A stretch of 63,616 nucleotides of DNA, the filler included, from Globobulimina sp. (Eukaryota): NCBI GenBank assembly GCA_003354225.1. It is 21 parts of 21 records of this genome, joined end to end, with 100 filler letters (N's around TTAATTAATTAA, not from the genome) between each part and the next. Parts side by side here need not be neighbours in the genome. Positions count along the whole stretch, not along the records: positions 60,685 to 63,616 come from PIVH01004311.1; 20 more parts are not named here. One strand, 5' to 3'. Made by a program: the position numbers and the translations under genes. Shown here piece by piece: positions 60,685-63,616 of this stretch. Numbering within the stretch: the first letter of the stretch is position 1; every line of letters starts with the position of its first letter. The notes beneath the pieces were generated by a model. The model searched no databases. It was not told where the DNA came from and was given only the letters and a program-made list of their open reading frames with translations.

Positions 60685-61543
60685 GCAAAAACAACATATC
60701 ATTGTCATACTTTGATTTTAACACTACATTTATCAATGTATTATCTCTATGCATATCATTAATATATCCATGCATATCATTGCCCAATGCATAGGTCGCG
60801 CAGGCTAATTCTTGTGCGGTTTTTAACTCTGGAATAACAGACAGAATATGTGGATAATCAGTTAAATAGTTATTATGTACGTATTCAATAAGATTGATCA
60901 CCCAAAATAAGCCCGATTCGTTTTTACGAATTCTAATGTATTCATTGATATCATTTACTTCGACATCTGTTGATTTTGGTTCTGTGATAATACGATGAAT
61001 ACATTGTTTTACATTGGATAAATATCGTTGAATAAATTCGCAATTATCAATGTCAGATACTGTATGTTTAATTAATTTGGACAAGCCAGAATAAACAGGA
61101 ATACTCGTTTCAAACTCAGATAGTTCATAATTTGGATTATCTAAGATGTGATCGATTGTGTTTTCCATTTGATCCATAAAATTCAGACCATAGTACTTTT
61201 GTAAATGGCCTGGATTATCTTGCATAAACTTCTCAGGTTCATCACATAAATCGTCTAAATAAAATATCACCATAAACCAGCTCGACGCCACCATTACACG
61301 ATGCAAATCAGTGGCATCTGGGTAATAAAAAGAACCGACTGATCCTGGGTGAGGTCTAACATTCATTTCTAATTCGTTTACACAAAAATCATTTGCTTTG
61401 GTATGGATCCATTTTAATGCAGAATGAGGGCCATGATAACTGTCACGAGAATATAATAAGTCTGTCGAACGAAATGGTACACCTGTTATTGGATTTCGTA
61501 TTGCTGGAATATGGCGTACTGCTTTTTGGAGAACAGAGTTCAT
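60685..61543 (-). CDS. Class I microbial-type terpene synthase (3' partial)
   Basis: YPDA, W..IFYLDDLCD (DDxxD), EYIRIRKNESG sensor Arg, NSE-like NDMHGYIND, NVVL. Confidence 0.8.
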
Positions 61544-61693
61544 AATGATAGGGATGTGTAAGTTCAATAAAATGTTTCTAAATAATTGAACCAAAAACGG
61601 TTGAAATGTTCTATTCTGAAATTAGTGTTTCTGAGAGGTTTTTGATGACTAGCTCACTTCGTTAAAATAAAGACTTTGTGTTTTTCTAGCTAG

Positions 61694-62206
61694 AACAGTG
61701 TGGCCACAATAGTTGCAGGCTCCAAAGATTTACATAAGTTGAATAGAAATGAGACTGCTCCATTGACTAATTGTGGTATGGTTATTATACTCTATTTATT
61801 TATATTTATATATAAATTAAATATGTATAATAAATTAATAATATTAAATATTGCAGGAGGTAATTGCCCCGGAGGTTGTACAAGTTGTCCATGTGGTGAA
61901 ACCGTGGTAGATGTTAGTATTTCAGAGTGGTGTTCAAAACATGGATGGAATCAAGCCAACTGTGCATGTATAGTACGCCATGAGTCTGGCGGTGATGAAA
62001 ATGCAGTAAATGAAAATACAAATGGCTCATTTGATGTTGGTATATGGCAGGTCAACTCAATGAATTGGGCCTCATGTTCTGGTGGAGCTGCCCCATGCAA
62101 TCCAACTACAAATCTTAACTGTGCCATCCTTGTGTATGGCTGGGGAGGAAATACATGGAAATTATGGTCAACATGTGGTGCTTGTGGTTGTTGTAATTCT
62201 CCATAA
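61694..62206 (+). CDS. Lysozyme-like / lytic transglycosylase-fold protein with Cys-rich N-terminus
   Basis: CIVRHESGG...NAVNENTNGSFDVGIWQVNS. In-frame intron 61776..61856; first exon unresolved. Confidence 0.8.
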   Translation, partial: NSVATIVAGSKDLHKLNRNETAPLTNCGMVIILYLFIFIYKLNMYNKLIILNIAGGNCPGGCTSCPCGETVVDVSISEWCSKHGWNQANCACIVRHESGGDENAVNENTNGSFDVGIWQVNSMNWASCSGGAAPCNPTTNLNCAILVYGWGGNTWKLWSTCGACGCCNSP

Positions 62207-62314
62207 AATTAACCCTATGTATTATATTAAATCATATTAAAATGATATAAATATTCGTCAACACATAACAATGAGTAGACTAGAAAAAAACACAAAGTTT
62301 TTTTCAGACAAACA

Positions 62315-63616
62315 ATGCGTGCAAACTTTCATCGCAGACACAAACCTCCTCGAATCAAATGGCTCTTTGCAATATTATTAGTGTCATGCTTTTGTTGGAT
62401 ATTTTGGGTTATTATGGCAACCATGACACTAAATGATGACCAGAGGCGGCTGAGTCGACCAATAATAAAACAATTGAAAGAGCCGAGCCTGAGCCACGTA
62501 ATAACCACTCAGTCTCAACGGCAGACGGAGTCAGAAACAGAAACGTGGCGCAATACATTAAACACAATTGAAATTCGAGATATTTCTAATTATGAAAGAA
62601 TTATAGCTGTTGGCGATTTACATGGAGATTTCGAGCAAACCATAAAAATATTGACATTAACACAAACTATAAACGCAGAGCAAGATTGGATTGCAAACAA
62701 TACAATTTTGATACAAACGGGAGATATTATTGACAGAGGAGCGAACTCTATCGATATTTACAAATTATTTTTGAAATTAAACAAACAATGCACAAAATAT
62801 GGATCATTGGTTTTGAATCAAATCGGGAACCATGAACATCTAAATTTTATCAATGATTTTACTTATGTCAACAGGCAGGAAATTAATAATTTTGGCGGAT
62901 TTAATGAATGGAAAAAATTAATGAGCCTCCAATCAAAGATTGGTACTTTTTTGCGTAACTTACCCATTGCGAGAATTATTGGAAACACTTTATTTGTGCA
63001 TGCCGGAATATTGCCATTTATAGCGATGGAGTTTGGAAGTAACATAACTTCATTAAATGAAGGATTCCATGACATGGTGATGCATATTTCAGTGAATGCT
63101 GATATTGATCCTTTAACTTTCTATGAGTCAGCAACCCCATTCGAACAGCATTTGACTGGAATAAACTCACCAATTTGGACGAGATACTTTGAGCCTGCAT
63201 ACTATGATTATACTATGTTAAGTGCGGTGTTTCAGTATTGGAATGATGCAAATTTTACGCATTCTGCAACTCAAATGGATAAAATAAAGTCATTTATGTG
63301 TGATATATTGGAGCAAATACTGCGGATTTATGAGGTGAAACGTATGGTGATTGGACACAATGTGCAGACAAATGGTGCTGTAAAGACATATTGCAATAAT
63401 CAATTGTACGCAATTGATGTTGGTATGTCGGGATTTTATGGTGGCAATTTAGCTGCGCTTGAAATAGATCCTAAAACGGAGAATGTTCATATCATCACTG
63501 ACCCTGACAATCCACCTCATGCTTTGCAGCCATTTGGAGGTTTTGACATAAAGGCTCTGCTGCTTCAACTACAAAAGTTGGAGGTTAATGAAAGCTTCAC
63601 ATTTGGCAAAGCTCTC
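62315..63616 (+). CDS. Shewanella-like protein phosphatase (PPP/metallophosphoesterase) with signal anchor (3' partial; absent from the ORF track)
   Basis: Manual translation: IIAVGDLHGD, QTGDIIDRG, GNHE, LFVHAG, RMVIGHNVQ, IDVGMS; N-terminal hydrophobic helix. Confidence 0.88.
   Translation, partial: MRANFHRRHKPPRIKWLFAILLVSCFCWIFWVIMATMTLNDDQRRLSRPIIKQLKEPSLSHVITTQSQRQTESETETWRNTLNTIEIRDISNYERIIAVGDLHGDFEQTIKILTLTQTINAEQDWIANNTILIQTGDIIDRGANSIDIYKLFLKLNKQCTKYGSLVLNQIGNHEHLNFINDFTYVNRQEINNFGGFNEWKKLMSLQSKIGTFLRNLPIARIIGNTLFVHAGILPFIAMEFGSNITSLNEGFHDMVMHISVNADIDPLTFYESATPFEQHLTGINSPIWTRYFEPAYYDYTMLSAVFQYWNDANFTHSATQMDKIKSFMCDILEQILRIYEVKRMVIGHNVQTNGAVKTYCNNQLYAIDVGMSGFYGGNLAALEIDPKTENVHIITDPDNPPHALQPFGGFDIKALLLQLQKLEVNESFTFGKAL

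Noticed and set aside
1-63616. Alternative (ciliate-type) genetic code or prokaryotic/viral origin
   Set aside because: Long conserved ORFs read through in the standard code and end at TAA/TGA/TAG; interruptions resolve as GT-AG introns.
60685-63616. Terpene biosynthetic gene cluster
   Set aside because: Neighbours are a lysozyme-like gene and a protein phosphatase; no P450 or prenyltransferase is on the contig.

Overview
This is not one locus. It is 21 unrelated contigs of about 2.93 kb, sorted by decreasing length (2937 to 2932 bp) and joined by an artificial 100-nt spacer (N44-TTAATTAATTAA-N44), so neighbourhoods are only meaningful within a contig. The DNA is AT-rich eukaryotic nuclear sequence using the standard genetic code, with short GT-AG introns (mostly 55-170 nt) and PTxxPT mucin-like repeats. 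It fits a heterotrophic protist; a foraminiferan or other rhizarian is my guess, unverified. Ordinary genes include Sec6, ALA synthase, sorbitol dehydrogenase, a GMC oxidoreductase, GPAT, a sulfatase, a GAD-like decarboxylase, a Kir channel, a CDK-like kinase and a Shewanella-like phosphatase. Mobile DNA includes DIRS/Ngaro-type gag, RT and tyrosine recombinase remnants, a Transib/RAG/Chapaev-like transposase and a ~520-bp foldback element. The best novelty candidates are: (1) a spliced gene joining a dCache-like sensor domain to an EF-hand two-pore-channel-like protein whose S4 lacks gating arginines; (2) an ADD/PHD finger fused to a 2OG-Fe(II) dioxygenase-like domain; (3) a microbial-type terpene synthase; (4) an intron-containing LasB-like M4 protease on a mucin stalk; (5) a divergent, C-terminally extended cytochrome c; (6) a cytosolic GH18 ending in a CaaX box. 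All calls come from motif recognition by eye; no searches were run.
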